This document shows, piece by piece, positions 1-12,004 of a stretch of 64,000 nt of DNA (the stretch's first letter is position 1; each line of letters opens with the position of its first letter). The position numbers and the translations under genes are program-made. Location: contig NC_081361.1 of NCBI RefSeq assembly GCF_030684315.1, positions 14,683,861 through 14,747,860 of the forward strand. Direction: 5' to 3'. The notes beneath the pieces were generated by a model, which did not search any database, had not been told where the DNA came from, and saw nothing but the letters and a program-made list of their open reading frames with translations. The stretch is from Stegostoma tigrinum. Taxonomy: Eukaryota.

Positions 1-17
1 GTAACTTTGTATTTCTT

Positions 18-175
18 GTGGCCAATCCCCCTAAACTGCACATCTTTAGACTGTGGGAGGGAACCCATGCAGATACAGGGAGAACGTATTAACTTCACAC
101 AGAGAGTCACCCAAGGCTGGAATCAAACCCAGCTTCCTGACACTGAAAGGCAACAGTGTTAACCACTGAGCCACA
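18..175 (-). mobile_element. HE1-type tRNA-derived SINE, truncated
   Basis: Reverse complement reads GTGGCTCAGTGGTTAACACTGTTGCC...GGGTTTGATTCCAGCC...GTGACTCTCTGTGTGAAG...CCTCCCACAGTCTAAAGATGTGCAG: A/B-box-like head and body matching the other copies (7957, 14576, 23680, 54135). Confidence 0.8.
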
Positions 176-184
176 GTCACTGCA

Positions 185-510
185 GTAAGACAGACAACAG
201 CTAACTCCCATAACGAGCAATGAGACAAAGGCCACATTATCTGTTCTTGTGATGTTGATTGTGGGATAAACATTGACCACGATCATTGCAATAAATCCCC
301 TGCTCTCCTCTAAAATAATATCAGGGGACCTTTTACATCCATCCAAGCATACACATGGGGCTTTTGGTTTAATTTTTCATCTGAAAGATGGCACCTAACT
401 GAAAGTGCAGTTTTTGTCCTTCACCACTGCACAGGATGCTCAGCCTAGATTTTCTGCTCAAGTCCTGCGTCGGGACTTGAATCTGAAATGTCATTCAGAG
501 ACAAGAGTCA
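185..510 (-). mobile_element. SacSINE1/DeuSINE-like element
   Basis: Reverse complement contains TTCAAGTCCCGACGCAGGACTTGAGC...GGTGCCATCTTTCAGATGAAAAATTAAACC...GATGTAAAAGGTCCC...GAGCAGGGG...TTTATCCCACAATCAACATCAC, matching the Deu-domain SINE consensus. Confidence 0.75.
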
Positions 511-1339
511 ATGGGGCCCTCTTGACAACTTGAATGACCTCATAGACCTTGACTTCAAATTGTCACACAATTTTGTGTCAACAATCTCAGGCCATCTCGG
601 GAAAGGCCAATATTTCTAAACCAAAGGTTCGGAAAGATAAACAGTTTCAAGTGTGTTATACACCAGTTGACAAAATTAAAATACTGTAGATGATGGAATT
701 CTGAGCCAATAACAAAAAACCTGGAAAAACTACAAATGGCCACTCTCTGTGGAAAGAAAAATGATGTCCACTGTTAAAGGTGTATTAAATTGCTTCTCGG
801 AATGATATTGGGATTAAAAAGGTCCTTTTCTCCCCCACATTAACAGCCACACTGTAATAAGAGGAATTAATATTCTATCCCGATGTTTATGACCTCAATG
901 TGTTTGTCAACGTTTGACAATTTTATTTTTCACACTTCCTCGCTGATCATTGCCAACTAGCAGTTTGTCATGATGATGGAAGATGGATTAAACGTGTTTA
1001 TCTGCATCCCACCTCTGAGAGCTTCACTTTTCCCAAAACGCAAACCCAAGTAATCCTTTGCCTCACTTATTGCCCTTTAGTGCTTTCACTACATTTTTAA
1101 ATTTCTCTTCGTATGAGTTGGCAATGTTCTATTTTCGGGTCATCTACTTTTGTGCATTTCAATGACTACTCCACTGAATGAGTCATTGCTCTCAACAAAC
1201 CGGTGCCACTATATTTTGACTATCTCGGATCCTATTGCATTTTCTGCACAATGAATTTATTGAAAATATCGGAGGGTCCAGATTAATTCACTTAAAACCC
1301 ATTTCAATCAACTTTGCAGGGTCTGTCCACCTTGACTCG

Positions 1340-1640
1340 ATGGTAGCCTTCTTGTCTCTGAATCTGAAGACTGTGTTTAGGTTCCAATCCAGAGTTTTAA
1401 GAGATGTCTTTCTGATGGGACATGCAACAAAGACCTGCTTGTCCATTCAAGTAGAAATAAAAGATCCTTTTGGAGAAAAGCAAGGCTGAGCAACATGGTA
1501 CCTCGACAAATATTTATGACTTAAAAAAAAACTTTGCAGGGCATTGCTATGTCTAAATTGGTTATTTTATCTGTAATAGAACAGACCAATGGGATTCAAT
1601 TTGCTGTAAAAAGTACTTAAAATCTTGTTCATTTGCCTGC
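1340..1640 (+). mobile_element. SacSINE1/DeuSINE-like element, heavily decayed
   Basis: GGTAGCCTTCTTGTCTCTGAATCTGAAG head, then GTCTTTCTGATGGGAC...AAAAGATCC...AAAAGCAAGG...AATATTTAT. Confidence 0.55.
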
Positions 1641-4600
1641 ATCAACATTTCATTTATATATCATCAAGCCAACAACGTCGCAGCTTTCACTAATACTGGG
1701 TTCTCAAAATCCAACAAATGGATACAACAGTTCATTAACAATCTGATAAAGCTGAACCTATGGAGTACTATCCTCACAGTTCGTATGAAATAGGAAGAAC
1801 AAGACGAATGCAGGCTTATTTGTGTCCTACCAAGTTCAAAGTGAAGTACAGCAAATCAAATGTTTAACATTGATTGTTGAATAAAGCTGCCATTTGGTTG
1901 TTGATTTAAAGCAGTGATTCTGCCTTCTGCCATCTAAATGCACTTAAGAGGTGTTAAAAGCCTCTCAGGAGAAGTGAAACACAAATCAATCCAGGTTCAA
2001 TTCCAAAATGCTTAATATTCACATACCACCCCCAGAACAAATAAAGTAAGGCAATAATCAAGGTTGCAATTAAAACATTGGCACAACAATGGCATCTATA
2101 GCATTTTGCAGGAGGGCTGCAGATTTATGGATTCTCTTCCAATCCTATTTGTGTTGGTAGGTATAATTTTTAAAGGAAGATTTTTACCACCAAGAAAACC
2201 AGAAGAAGTAGTGAAGCGAAGACCTGAATCTTCTGAGAGCAGTAATCGTGATCATGTTGCTGGTCACATGTACATTGTTTCACCATGCACCCATCTCCCA
2301 CATTTCTGGGCTCAACTTCACAAAGAAAAATGTAAATTGCATTGTGTCTCTTCAACACAGTCAAATCCCCTTGGCGTAAGACAAAGTAAGAAAGCCATGC
2401 CATGTATCATATTTTCCAACTACAGCAACCACTCCATTGTGCTAAATTTGTTTGGTTAAACAGTTGCAGGACATTTAAATAGCTCTTCAGCATGTTAGTG
2501 AATGAATACAAGTCAGGTAAGTAGGTTAGGGAATGGGGGAAGTGAGGCAAGTGCATAACGGTCTGTATAGGATGGGCCAAAATTGACGATGATATTCGAC
2601 AGCTGCATGGCCTTGAATGCGTCCTGTGAACATTCCTGTACGTGCTGAAGACGGCACAATGTGTTTTTCAGGGATGGTTTTTCTGTACTTGCTGTTTGTT
2701 ACACCATGCAAGAGAGTTTTGTTCTGAGTCTTTCGATTTTAGCTCAGGCTGGGGTCGGAAATGGTACCATGAACAAACTAGACCTCCAGACCAGTCAGAC
2801 ATCGATTGAGTGGTCCCCAATGGACAGATGGGTGTGAGAGTTGTTGAAAAAGAATAGGGGAAAAGGAAACATTTTTATTTACCCACTTAATATATGTTCA
2901 CATTTACGTTAATTCGTATTTTTGAGTCTTCTCATAACCGAATCTGAAAAGAACTACTTAGACATACTCTGTGATCAAAAACAGGGACACAGGACAAGAT
3001 GGGAAAGGGTGACTGAGTGTGTAGCTGGGTGGAGGAGTTAATCAGATTAGGTTGGGACTTTGTTAGAGAGACACAGTCTTGGCATAATTGATTGACAGTC
3101 AGATCGGGGTGTTGGCGAGGACAATGTAAGCCAGGTGGTCGGTTCCAGAGTGGTAATGATAAGGAGGTTAGATCGGAAGTGTGTCTATGTCTGCAAGGGA
3201 TTGCAAAGGAGGACTATTTTGGTCAGAGGCAGTATTATTATGTAATAAATAGGGCAGATAGTTATAGTTATATAACTCTGCTTATAGTTAGCTAGGAGTT
3301 CCAACAGGCTTTATTTTCTCTAACTTTTCCTCTGCAACTGAGCTGAGAACGTCAGAGGGTTCCAACTGTTGGGTGATTGTCTGAAAGTTTCAACTTTCTG
3401 GGCAATTCACTAGTCAATGCATTGGGAATTGCAAGAGGACTGGTTGCAAATCTTTCAGGACTTACTCCTGTCTTTAACTATCTAGATGCTGGAAAATTCA
3501 GGCCACAGTTCTCAATTTTATTTTGGATTTGTGGGAAAATTTTTTAAAAAATGTTGCACTTACTGTTTTCATTCATCTCATTCTATAAATTCTTGACTGA
3601 TTTCGAACTCTGCAGGGATATAGTGTAGATGACAGGGAGAGGAGGAAGACAAAAAGAGAGAACAGGCAGGCTAGAAACAGAACAAAGAAAAATGACTGCT
3701 ATTTGTGCGTCATATCAACAGGCTACAGAAGGTAACATTCCTGGGTCACCTTCTTGAAAAAAAAGAGAATTGCATACTGAACCAAACTCCTGTTTTTATT
3801 TCAAATATTTACCATGGTACAATTTTGCTTTCAAGACTGTATTTTTCAAAAGAGGGAGATTGGAAAATATTGAAATATTCCTAATTGAAAATTTGGGATA
3901 ATTGCAAATGAAGTACATGAAACATACTTCCTGAAAAATGAAATCATTAAAAAGATTTATCTTTGAGAAGGTAAATCCAAGTTTGATATTCCTTTCTTCA
4001 TCTTGCAACTGATAAAGTTGCCAGTTTTAGGTTTGCACCAAGCATTGGATATGTCACTAAGGAGCCTGAAATATATAGGTTCAAAATTCATTGTCGGAAA
4101 AAAAAGCATTCTTACATCAACACAGACTTCAGCCACAATTCAGCTGCAAGTGTGATGCCTAGCCGCAGGCTATATATTGATCAGGTTTGATTCTCCCTTT
4201 TCAACACTTCCCTCAAAGGGGTTACCATCGGCTTTCACTCAACCCCTCACCAATTAATTGCACAACCCTGGAGACTGTTCAAAGAACAGATCAAACCGAC
4301 CATCACCCAGGGGAAATCAGAACTCCAGTAAGGTGTAGGAGGAGTGATTTCATCCTGAATCACTATCTGATCTATTCCTAAATCATTAAAACACATTAGA
4401 GGGTTTCCCGACAAACTGAATCCAAGCACAAGGCAAATTGGTTAACTGTAAGAGATCCCGGCAGTACATTTTGGATCTGCATGTTTATCAGATCATGTGG
4501 AAGGTCGAACTGAGCTGTTGAAATGTTTAATTTCATGCTGGATGCTTTTGAGGTTTCAAATTTAGATCTATAGGGACGTGTGCAACATGTTGTATATGTG

Positions 4601-5489
4601 CCTTTGCGGTTAGAGCCATTTTACATTCACCCTGGGGTGATGGATCATTTGAATGTTTTTACATCGTGCATTTATATAGATATGCATCTCTGGTCAGCTC
4701 TTGGAGGTATTTATGGTATTTTCAAAGTCTCCTCAAGCCCACGCCCCCACTTTTTTCCCCGATTTAAACCCACTATTTTAACCAGCTACTCCCTTCTCCA
4801 TCTAGTACTTATCTAGCCTCCCCTAAAATGCATTCATGCTATTCATTTCAACAACGGTGGGTACAGATATTCTCTTTTTACCTCCTGGGCTTCTCTCTGA
4901 TTTTTTTGGTGAGTTTTTTTTATTGACAGCCTGTAGTCCACAAGAGAAAACATCCTTTCTGCATTTATTGCATCAAAAGCTATCAGAATTCTAAAAATCT
5001 CTGTAAGACCATTATGTTATCCTTGCTTTTCAAGAAATAATGATGATGCTTGTCAATCCTTCCCAGGTATGTAAATCCATGCAGTTCGGATATCACCATC
5101 TTTGTGAATATTCTCCCTAGTGTTCCAATATCCCCTATATTAATATTGTCAACAGAACTGCATGCTGTACTGTAAGTGCGGACAAACCAAACATTCAACA
5201 CAGGAATATTTTAAAATTTCTCGCTTTGAGAACAAAACCTATTGCTTGGTTTTCTCTTTTCTTTAAATATAATGAACTTGCCAGCTAACCTGCACTGAAG
5301 TTTTTAGTGAGCCTTATGTCCTTGGACTAACACAGACATGTCTTGCCAAGCAATAAATGACTTCCCTGCCATAATATGTTCATTGCCAAAACATAGAGAG
5401 CAGTGCGTACCGGCCACAAAGTGCAATGCAGTAACAAACTAAAGTTTCTTCAACAATGCGCTTCAAACCTGCAACCAAAATCAAAAAAG

Positions 5490-5730
5490 GGCGGGGGCAG
5501 CAGATGCATGGACACACCAATTGCAGGTTCCTCTCCAAAATCGCATGCCATTCTGACTTGGAAATATATCAGTGTGCATTCATTGTCATTGGATCAAAAT
5601 CCACAAATTCTCTTCCTCTCAGAACTGTGGGTCCAAGGACTGCATCAGTTGAAGCAGGCAATTTACCAGCACCATCTCCAGGGCAATTAGGGATGCACAA
5701 TATATGCTGGCATGGCCAGTGTTGCTACCA
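5490..5730 (+). mobile_element. 3' fragment of second non-LTR LINE family (as 49640-51155)
   Basis: CCATTCTGACTTGGAAATATATC...GGACTGCATCAGTTGAAG...CACCATCTCCAGGGCAATTAGGGATG resembles 50940-51110 and 61930-62110. Confidence 0.65.
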
Positions 5731-5964
5731 TGTCAATGTTGAAATTCATCTGCCGTTTCTTGCACACATTTCCATGTCCTCCTGCAAGTTGATGCACTTC
5801 TCTTCAGTAATGAGTATATCTTCCCATTTGGTGTTATCAACAAATTTATAAATTGTGCTTCTGATTGCAGCAGTCCAAATTATTAAAGTAACTTGCGAAC
5901 ACAATGGTGCCTGTCTTGATCCTTATGGAACACCACTTCTCAAACTCTGTCACTCTGAATAACG

Positions 5965-6180
5965 GATTTGATCTGATTTGATTTGATTTATTATTTTTGT
6001 CAAATGTACCTAGGTACAGTAAAAAGTTTTGTTCTGCGTGCAGTCCAGGCACATCATACTGATACAAAGTACACCACGGTGATAGGGCATAGTGAGGAAT
6101 ACAATACTACGGCCACAGAGAAGGTGCATAAAAAAAGTCAATATTAAATTTGAAATTGGAGGGGGTCCATTCAAAGCTCT
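5965..6180 (-). mobile_element. Rex1/Babar-like LINE 3' end with (ATCAA)n tail
   Basis: Reverse complement ends CTTTTTACTGTACCTAGGTACATTTGAC...AATAAATCAAATCAAATCAGATCAA; clade assignment from 3'UTR resemblance only. Confidence 0.5.
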
Positions 6181-7610
6181 CTACTTCCATGATCTATTAT
6201 TAATCTTGAAGCTCGCTAGCAATGACTCCACATCTCATCATCTTAAGGGGGATAAGGGACACCTTATCAAAGGCCTTTTGAAAATTCACATCAACCGCAT
6301 CTGATACATTACCACTGTCTAGTCCCTCTATTACTTCTTGAAGCAAATTTCTTCCTGTTGATATCTATGCTGATTAATCGTTGTTATAGTTCTTACATCT
6401 AGATGTTCTTCTGTTATTGCTTTAAGTAAAAAAACACAGTGAAACCCTCTATCAGATTGTTTTCTCCCCTTTCTTAAATCTTCCTCTTCCTAAGCAATCC
6501 CTCAAAAAGATAATTCTTTTCCACTCTGGATGGTTGGTCCTGGGGTAAACAATCCAGTACCAGATCCGCACACCCTCCTTTGGTGGGAGAAATGGCTTTT
6601 GTAGAGGTAGGTGGGTGGGATGCTTGTTTCTGTTTTGCACACTCACTTCTGCTTAGTCCTACCTGGGCCTATACGAGACACTCCAGACGATTGGCATTTT
6701 CACTGTTTCTTCTCCAATTTATCCCAAGAGAGGACACCGGTATTGGAGCACTTCTCCTTCCACTGGACACTCAGGACCTTGCAGAGGCATCTGTTTTTGG
6801 TCACCCTCAAGGAATTGGAGGTGCCTGTTGCACATTGTCCAAGTCTACGCCACATACAGGAGGGCAATTAACACTGTCAGCTTGTAGCCCGGTCAGGTGT
6901 CATGATTGAGGTCTTTGTCACCAAATGCTCGGTTCCTCAAAAGCTGTGCTGACACAATGTTGAATTTCACCAGTAGTATTGACCCAAGCTAAAGCGGAGG
7001 CTCCAAAAAAAGGTATCACAATTGATCCACATTGTCCAGTGCCTCACCCTCAATCGTGATAATCAGGGGCACTAGTGTCTCCCTACTTTAAAAAAAATAC
7101 ATTAGCTATCTACATGTCTCCAAGTGGACTGCATTGTTTTGTCACAAATTTATAAAAATATGATTGATGATGCCCCTGCTACGACTTCATAAATTCTTTT
7201 GAAATATGCAGCTACAATCCATCTGAGTCAGGCATCTTATCTTTCCCCAATATGATCAATGAAGCCAATTTATACTCTAAACAGACTTATTGTTGTTTTC
7301 ATGTTTCAGAGTAATATCCATCTATTCTGTCCCATAAATGCCACAGCAAAATCATTTTGATATTTTTGTCATTTCTCCAATGTTATCTGTCGTTCAATAC
7401 TGCCTGCCCCTTAGTCTCATTTTCAACAAAAGCCTTTTTAAAAAATTGATGCATCTGTAAAATGTTGTCCTGCTTTTTTTTGTGCTCATCATCAATTCAA
7501 GTTCACAGTTAGTCTTTATCTTGCTTCTTTTCTAACTTTTCTTTTCATCTCTTCATATTCTCTCTCATCATGACCTCTTCTGCTGTTAACTTATTTATTG
7601 TCTGCTTATA
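6180..7610 (-). mobile_element. Old CR1 ORF2 relic, interrupted by an RTE fragment
   Basis: Minus strand near 6260-6300 reads DAVDVNFQKAFDKV (RT motif); more decayed CR1 sequence continues beyond 7080. Confidence 0.55.
6490..7080 (-). mobile_element. RTE-clade LINE fragment (RT C-terminal region)
   Basis: Minus-strand translation across frameshifts gives ...ALLYVA*TWTMCNRH...RCLCKVLSVQWKEKCSNTGVL, matching the RTE pattern LLYGxETWT...RCLRxILxIxWxDxxxNxxVL. Confidence 0.65.
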
Positions 7611-7624
7611 TTTTCATTTAATTC

Positions 7625-7900
7625 ATTCTCTGGCTAGGCCAGTATTTGTTGTCTATCCTTAATTGCCAGAGCACAGTTGAGAGTCAACCACACTGCAGTG
7701 GGCCTGGAGTTACATGTGGGCCAGACTAAGTTAGGATGACAGATTTCCTTCCCAAAAGGACATGAGTGAACCAGATGGATTTCTTTGATAACTAATAACA
7801 CCATTCAGTGGTCTTCATTAGACTCTTAATTCCAGGTCACCAGTACATTGCCTGGGTCTTTAATAGTCAAGTAATAATCACTTGAGGCCATTGCCTCTCC
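7625..7900 (-). mobile_element. Second shark tRNA-type SINE (same family as 17880-18190)
   Basis: Reverse complement contains GGAATTAAGAGTCTAATGAAGACC...CCATCTGGTTCACTCATGTCCTTTTGGGAAGGAAATCTG...GGCCCACATGTAACTCCAGGCCCACTGCAGTGTGGTTGACTCTCAACTG. Confidence 0.7.
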
Positions 7901-7956
7901 CAACCTTAGACCGTCAAACTGTATCTTAGACAAATGTAGGTGATTTTGACAAAGTT

Positions 7957-8292
7957 AGGTGGCACAATGCTGCTGCCTCACAGCACCAGGGTCCCTGGTT
8001 TGCTTCCACCCTTGGTGTCTGTGTGGAGTTTGTACATTCTCTGTGTATGCATGGGTTTCCTCTGGGTGCTCCACTTACCTCCCACAGTCCAAAGATGTGC
8101 AGGCTAGGTGGATTGACTTTGCTAAATTGCGTCGTAGTGACCAGAGATGTGCAGACTAGGTGGGTAAGCCATGGGAAATGCAGGGTTACAAGATAGGGTA
8201 AGGGAGCTGCGTCTGGGTGGGATGCTCTTCGGAGGGTCACTGTGGACATGATGAGCCAGTGGCCCCTCTCTGCACCGTATGGATTGTATGTA
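7957..8292 (+). mobile_element. HE1-type SINE, near full length
   Basis: GGTGGCACAATGCTGCTGCCTCACAGCACCAGGG head, CCTCCCACAGTCCAAAGATGTGCAGGCTAGGTGGATTG body with internal duplication, CR1-like 3' tail. Confidence 0.85.
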
Positions 8293-8791
8293 TGGCTTGC
8301 TCCATGGCTAGTTAAGCTATTGGCCTTAGCTGGTATATTGCCAACTTCACTGCCCCTCTGGACAGGAAGGCCACTCCCCAAGATCTCTTGTTCAAGCACC
8401 GCTGCTGGGTGAGGTGGCCACTCCTGGGACTGCAGAGAGGATATCAGGTCATGGTAACTCCATGATCTGGTAGGAGCCTGTCTGGTTGGCATTAGAAGGA
8501 TAGTGAGGGGGACTGACGTGGTGAGCTGAAATATGGGAAAGAAGGCAGAATAAGCTGCAGGGGGCTACTGATGGGATAGGGTACCCAACTGGGACCCATG
8601 CTCACCATTGTCTAATAATCACTATGCCAGGCTTGGAGACTGGGTACAGGCCTCCTTCCACTGTGAGCTAAGGCCTGAAGACAAGGTCATTGAGTGGCCA
8701 TTAATTGGCCTCTGAATGACTACAATATGCACATGGTGTCTCCAGTGCCTATAACATTGGTTAAACATAGTCTGCTGTGCAGACATAGCAA

Positions 8792-8794
<3 letters not shown>

Positions 8795-8842
<48 letters not shown>
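8795..8842. repeat. (CA)n microsatellite
   Basis: Perfect AC dinucleotide run of about 24 units. Confidence 0.97.
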
Positions 8843-8844
<2 letters not shown>

Positions 8845-8989
8845 CGAGGCCTTCAAACCAGCGTGTGTGTGTTGAGTACCCTAGTAGGGCATTCAGTCCT
8901 ATGTTTCTATTCAATTCTCTCAAGTGTCTCTACTTCTTCCACCTCTACCTCCTACTCATGATTAGGCAGTCTGCAGACTATACCTATTA

Positions 8990-9260
8990 GTGCAGTAACC
9001 TTTGTTAAATAGCAGCTGTATTCATGTGCTTTCCATTTCATCTGACTGATAGCAGTGACTTTTACTTTCTATGGCAATGATGTTATCCCAAACAAAATAC
9101 AGCTGCCCCACCTCCCTGACTCCTCCCTCTGTCTTCTGCTAAATATTTTATAAATTGCTTGATTCCCAGCAATGATTTTTTCTCTGGCCATAACTCTGTG
9201 ACATGGATCATATCTGGTTCATAATGAAACTCGATTACCGACAAAGCTGCCCTGTTTTGG
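8990..9260 (-). mobile_element. CR1 AP-endonuclease relic
   Basis: ORF 9083..9271 contains IHVTELW...EDRGRSQGGGAAVF, a decayed form of IxVTETWL...RxDRxxxRGGGVA. Confidence 0.6.
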
Positions 9261-11329
9261 GAAGGACACACTGAACACTGCCATACAGCTGTTTATAAAA
9301 TAAGGTTAATGGGATTTGCTACGACTTAAAAGTTGAGCCATCTTATTTGTTCCCTGTTTAATTTTGTGCTCTTCATGACCTTGTGCTTCCCATCCCAGCC
9401 GTCAAAATATGACTTGGCAAGAAAAAGTCTCAACTCCTGGAATATTGCTTTTGAGAAGCGCAGGAAATATTGTTACAGTAGAAGATGGAGCTGCTGTATT
9501 CACTCAAACTGGAGCTGTGCTCCATTATTTCTGGTGCTGTTCCCCTCCATTCACAGATCCTTTGGTTACCAAAGCTGCTTGTACACATCATTAAATGGCT
9601 GCCTTTTCAGGAAATGATAGAAAACAAGCGTACACCACATATCACAGACCCATCATAAAGTCTCCATTCAGTGCCAATGTAATCAGCAAAACTGAGCTCA
9701 ATATATTTTACGTACACTGGGATACAGAAGGGTTAGTTCTGATGCCAACTGTGAACTAGTCGGTGAATTTTTGTTGTGAAGATGTTACTTGCGAATCAAG
9801 ACTCCATTCTTTAAGTAATGGTTCAGGCTACATATGATTGGACACACAAAAAGGACACCCATGATTAACCCACAATCAACTTCGTTGAATACACTCGTTT
9901 CCATTTAGCCAAAGGCATGTATGTAATGATGCTACCTGTTGAAAGTTAGTTGCGATTATACACCTACTCTGTAGTCAAATGATACAGCAAAAGAATTGTG
10001 CATCCAAGCAACTGTAGTTACAATTGTGGTAATTATCCTGAAGACGATGAACACTATGTTCTGCTGGAAAAAATGAAAGGGATAATGGACCGGATTATGC
10101 TTTGCTAATAGTCGTGAAGCTGTCAGCACTCACTGGTGTTAAAGGATAAATTCCACTGCAATGTCTCACGTCTCCAACTGTTGCAGGTACGCTGCTGCTA
10201 AGCCAATGGAATCTGCACAGAATCTCTAATAAGGTGCAATTTTATACCGCCTACATACCATTATTCACATGAAAGATTTTGAAAACTTTGTTCATTGAAG
10301 GACTACCTCAGGTATTAAATGATGTTAAATCACAAGTGTGTGTCATGATATTTATTTCACTTCCTGTGCGATGATTTAAATGTGACTTATATTTCTTGTC
10401 CTTTATTACACTCCCTGCTTTTGTGTGTGAAGTTTGATCAACCTGACTTGGATTCACTGCGGCTTCCCCTGTTCACACGCTTGACTTGTCCCGGGTGTGG
10501 TGAATGACACTGGCAAAAAAAATCTAAAGGACAGAGGGTGGGGCTGGCTGGGAAAAAAAAAGTCATTGCTCCTCTACTGTTGACTGCTGTTCAATCAAAT
10601 GTTACTAATCTGGAAAATATTGGTGTAAACTATTGGAGAGCACATGTGGCAAGGCAAATTGAAGCGTTCAGCAATGGTATGCAAAATTGAACAAAGTGAA
10701 TAATGTGGAGTGAGCGGATATTAGTGAACAGACTGGTCATCATAGATGTGTATCCCAATTCAAATCAACAAAAATAGTGAACATGTACTTACTGTACAAA
10801 ATGTAACCTACAAAAGAGATCAAGTCACCTATTCTGAACATTCCTCGAGTAGAAGAAAATTAGAGTGTTCATAACGCCCATAACCGAATATTTCAGATGT
10901 GTTGTCCTTTATTGGCTATACTGAACAATTCCTGCAGTTCTTAAAAATGAACATGCTAAAAACACATATGCGCAGAAAAACACAACTTCAGAAGTTACTG
11001 TCAGAGATACAGTCCTTTTAGCCAATGGAACCTGCATAGAATCACTAATTATGTATAAAATTTATATTAACTACATGTCATTATTCACATTAAATACTTG
11101 GAAAACTTCTGGGTAAAAGAAATGGATCCAGCACAGTTTGTGGTGAATGAAACAAAAGTTAACGGGCAAACATTTTCTCAGGGTAGTCTCACCAAAATGA
11201 CAGGGCCAGGATGTCAGCATATCAAAGACTGAATGAGAGTCTTTGATAGTCATGAAATTTATAGCTTGCCTTTGAATTTCCCGAACAGAGGGCAGACCGG
11301 ACAACGTCCCAGTTCTGTCAAAGAAGGAA

Positions 11330-11680
11330 TAAAAATGGCAGATGAGCTTCCCCCATGTAAGGAGAGACTAGGACTAGGTAGCATAGTTCAAAAAGGAGAC
11401 ACTCCTCTCCCTTATTTAAGAATGCAGTGAGGAGAATTTATTCTTTCCTTTCAGAGGGCCGTTAGTCTGTGCCTAAAAGAAGAGTGGAGGAGAAATCAAT
11501 CATCAGATATATTCAAGCCTGAGCTAGATTGGTTTTGATTGAAGAGGGTATTGAGAGTTATGGAGTGCAGACAGGAATGTGGAACCAGAAAGGCCATTAT
11601 TGAATTAGTCACAATCTTACTGAATAGGAGAGCAGACTCCAGGGACCAAGTGCCCTGCTTCTGCTACCACTGCTCAAATT
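11330..11680 (+). mobile_element. CR1 3' end fragment
   Basis: GAGGAGAATTTATTCTTT...CAGATATATTCAAGCCTGAGCTAGATTGGTTTTGATT...GAATAGGAGAGCAGACTCCAGGGACCAAGTG...CTGCTTCT, the CR1 ORF2 end/3'UTR pattern. Confidence 0.6.
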
Positions 11681-11800
11681 CTCCTGGATCTGAATGGCTG
11701 CGGGAAATTTTCCCCTCGGGTACAGGCATGCGGTTGGACAATGAAACCAAGGCTCGGGGAGCCTACAGCCATTGGTCATCCTCCTGCTCACTTCACCAAT

Positions 11801-12004
11801 GCACCATGTCATCACTTTCTCTGGCTCATGGATTCATTCCTTGAGATATTGTGGGATGCAGTCAAGACCAGGAGGGAATTCTGCTTGCCAGTGGATGGGA
11901 ACACTTGGCATTTGGGCCTGACCATGCAGGCATGGATGCAAGTGACAGTAACTGTGCACATCCACAGTGTGGCACCCAAGATCTTGATCCAGGGGCAGAG
12001 AGGA
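11801..12004 (+). pseudogene. Myb/SANT-like (trihelix, Myb_DNA-bind_5-type) domain relic of Harbinger ORF1
   Basis: Fits the pattern FSDxxLExLLxAVxxRRxxLFPxDG...TxxAWxEVAxxVxxxSxxPRTxxQC, with substitutions at several positions. Confidence 0.6.

Noticed and set aside
2238-2256. DHDYC HCF-1-binding-like motif suggesting a PGC-1/THAP family exon
   Set aside because: Five-residue match followed by a hydrophobic tail and stop; flanks do not resemble those families.
2646-2675. CTGAAGA followed by a small hairpin as a hammerhead
   Set aside because: No downstream GAAA box or cleavage triplet.
7926-8492. 188-aa minus ORF
   Set aside because: Mostly antisense read-through of an HE1 SINE plus adjacent repeat; no domain recognised.
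8622-8990. ORFs with poly-CV / poly-HT tracts
   Set aside because: Translation of a (CA)n microsatellite.
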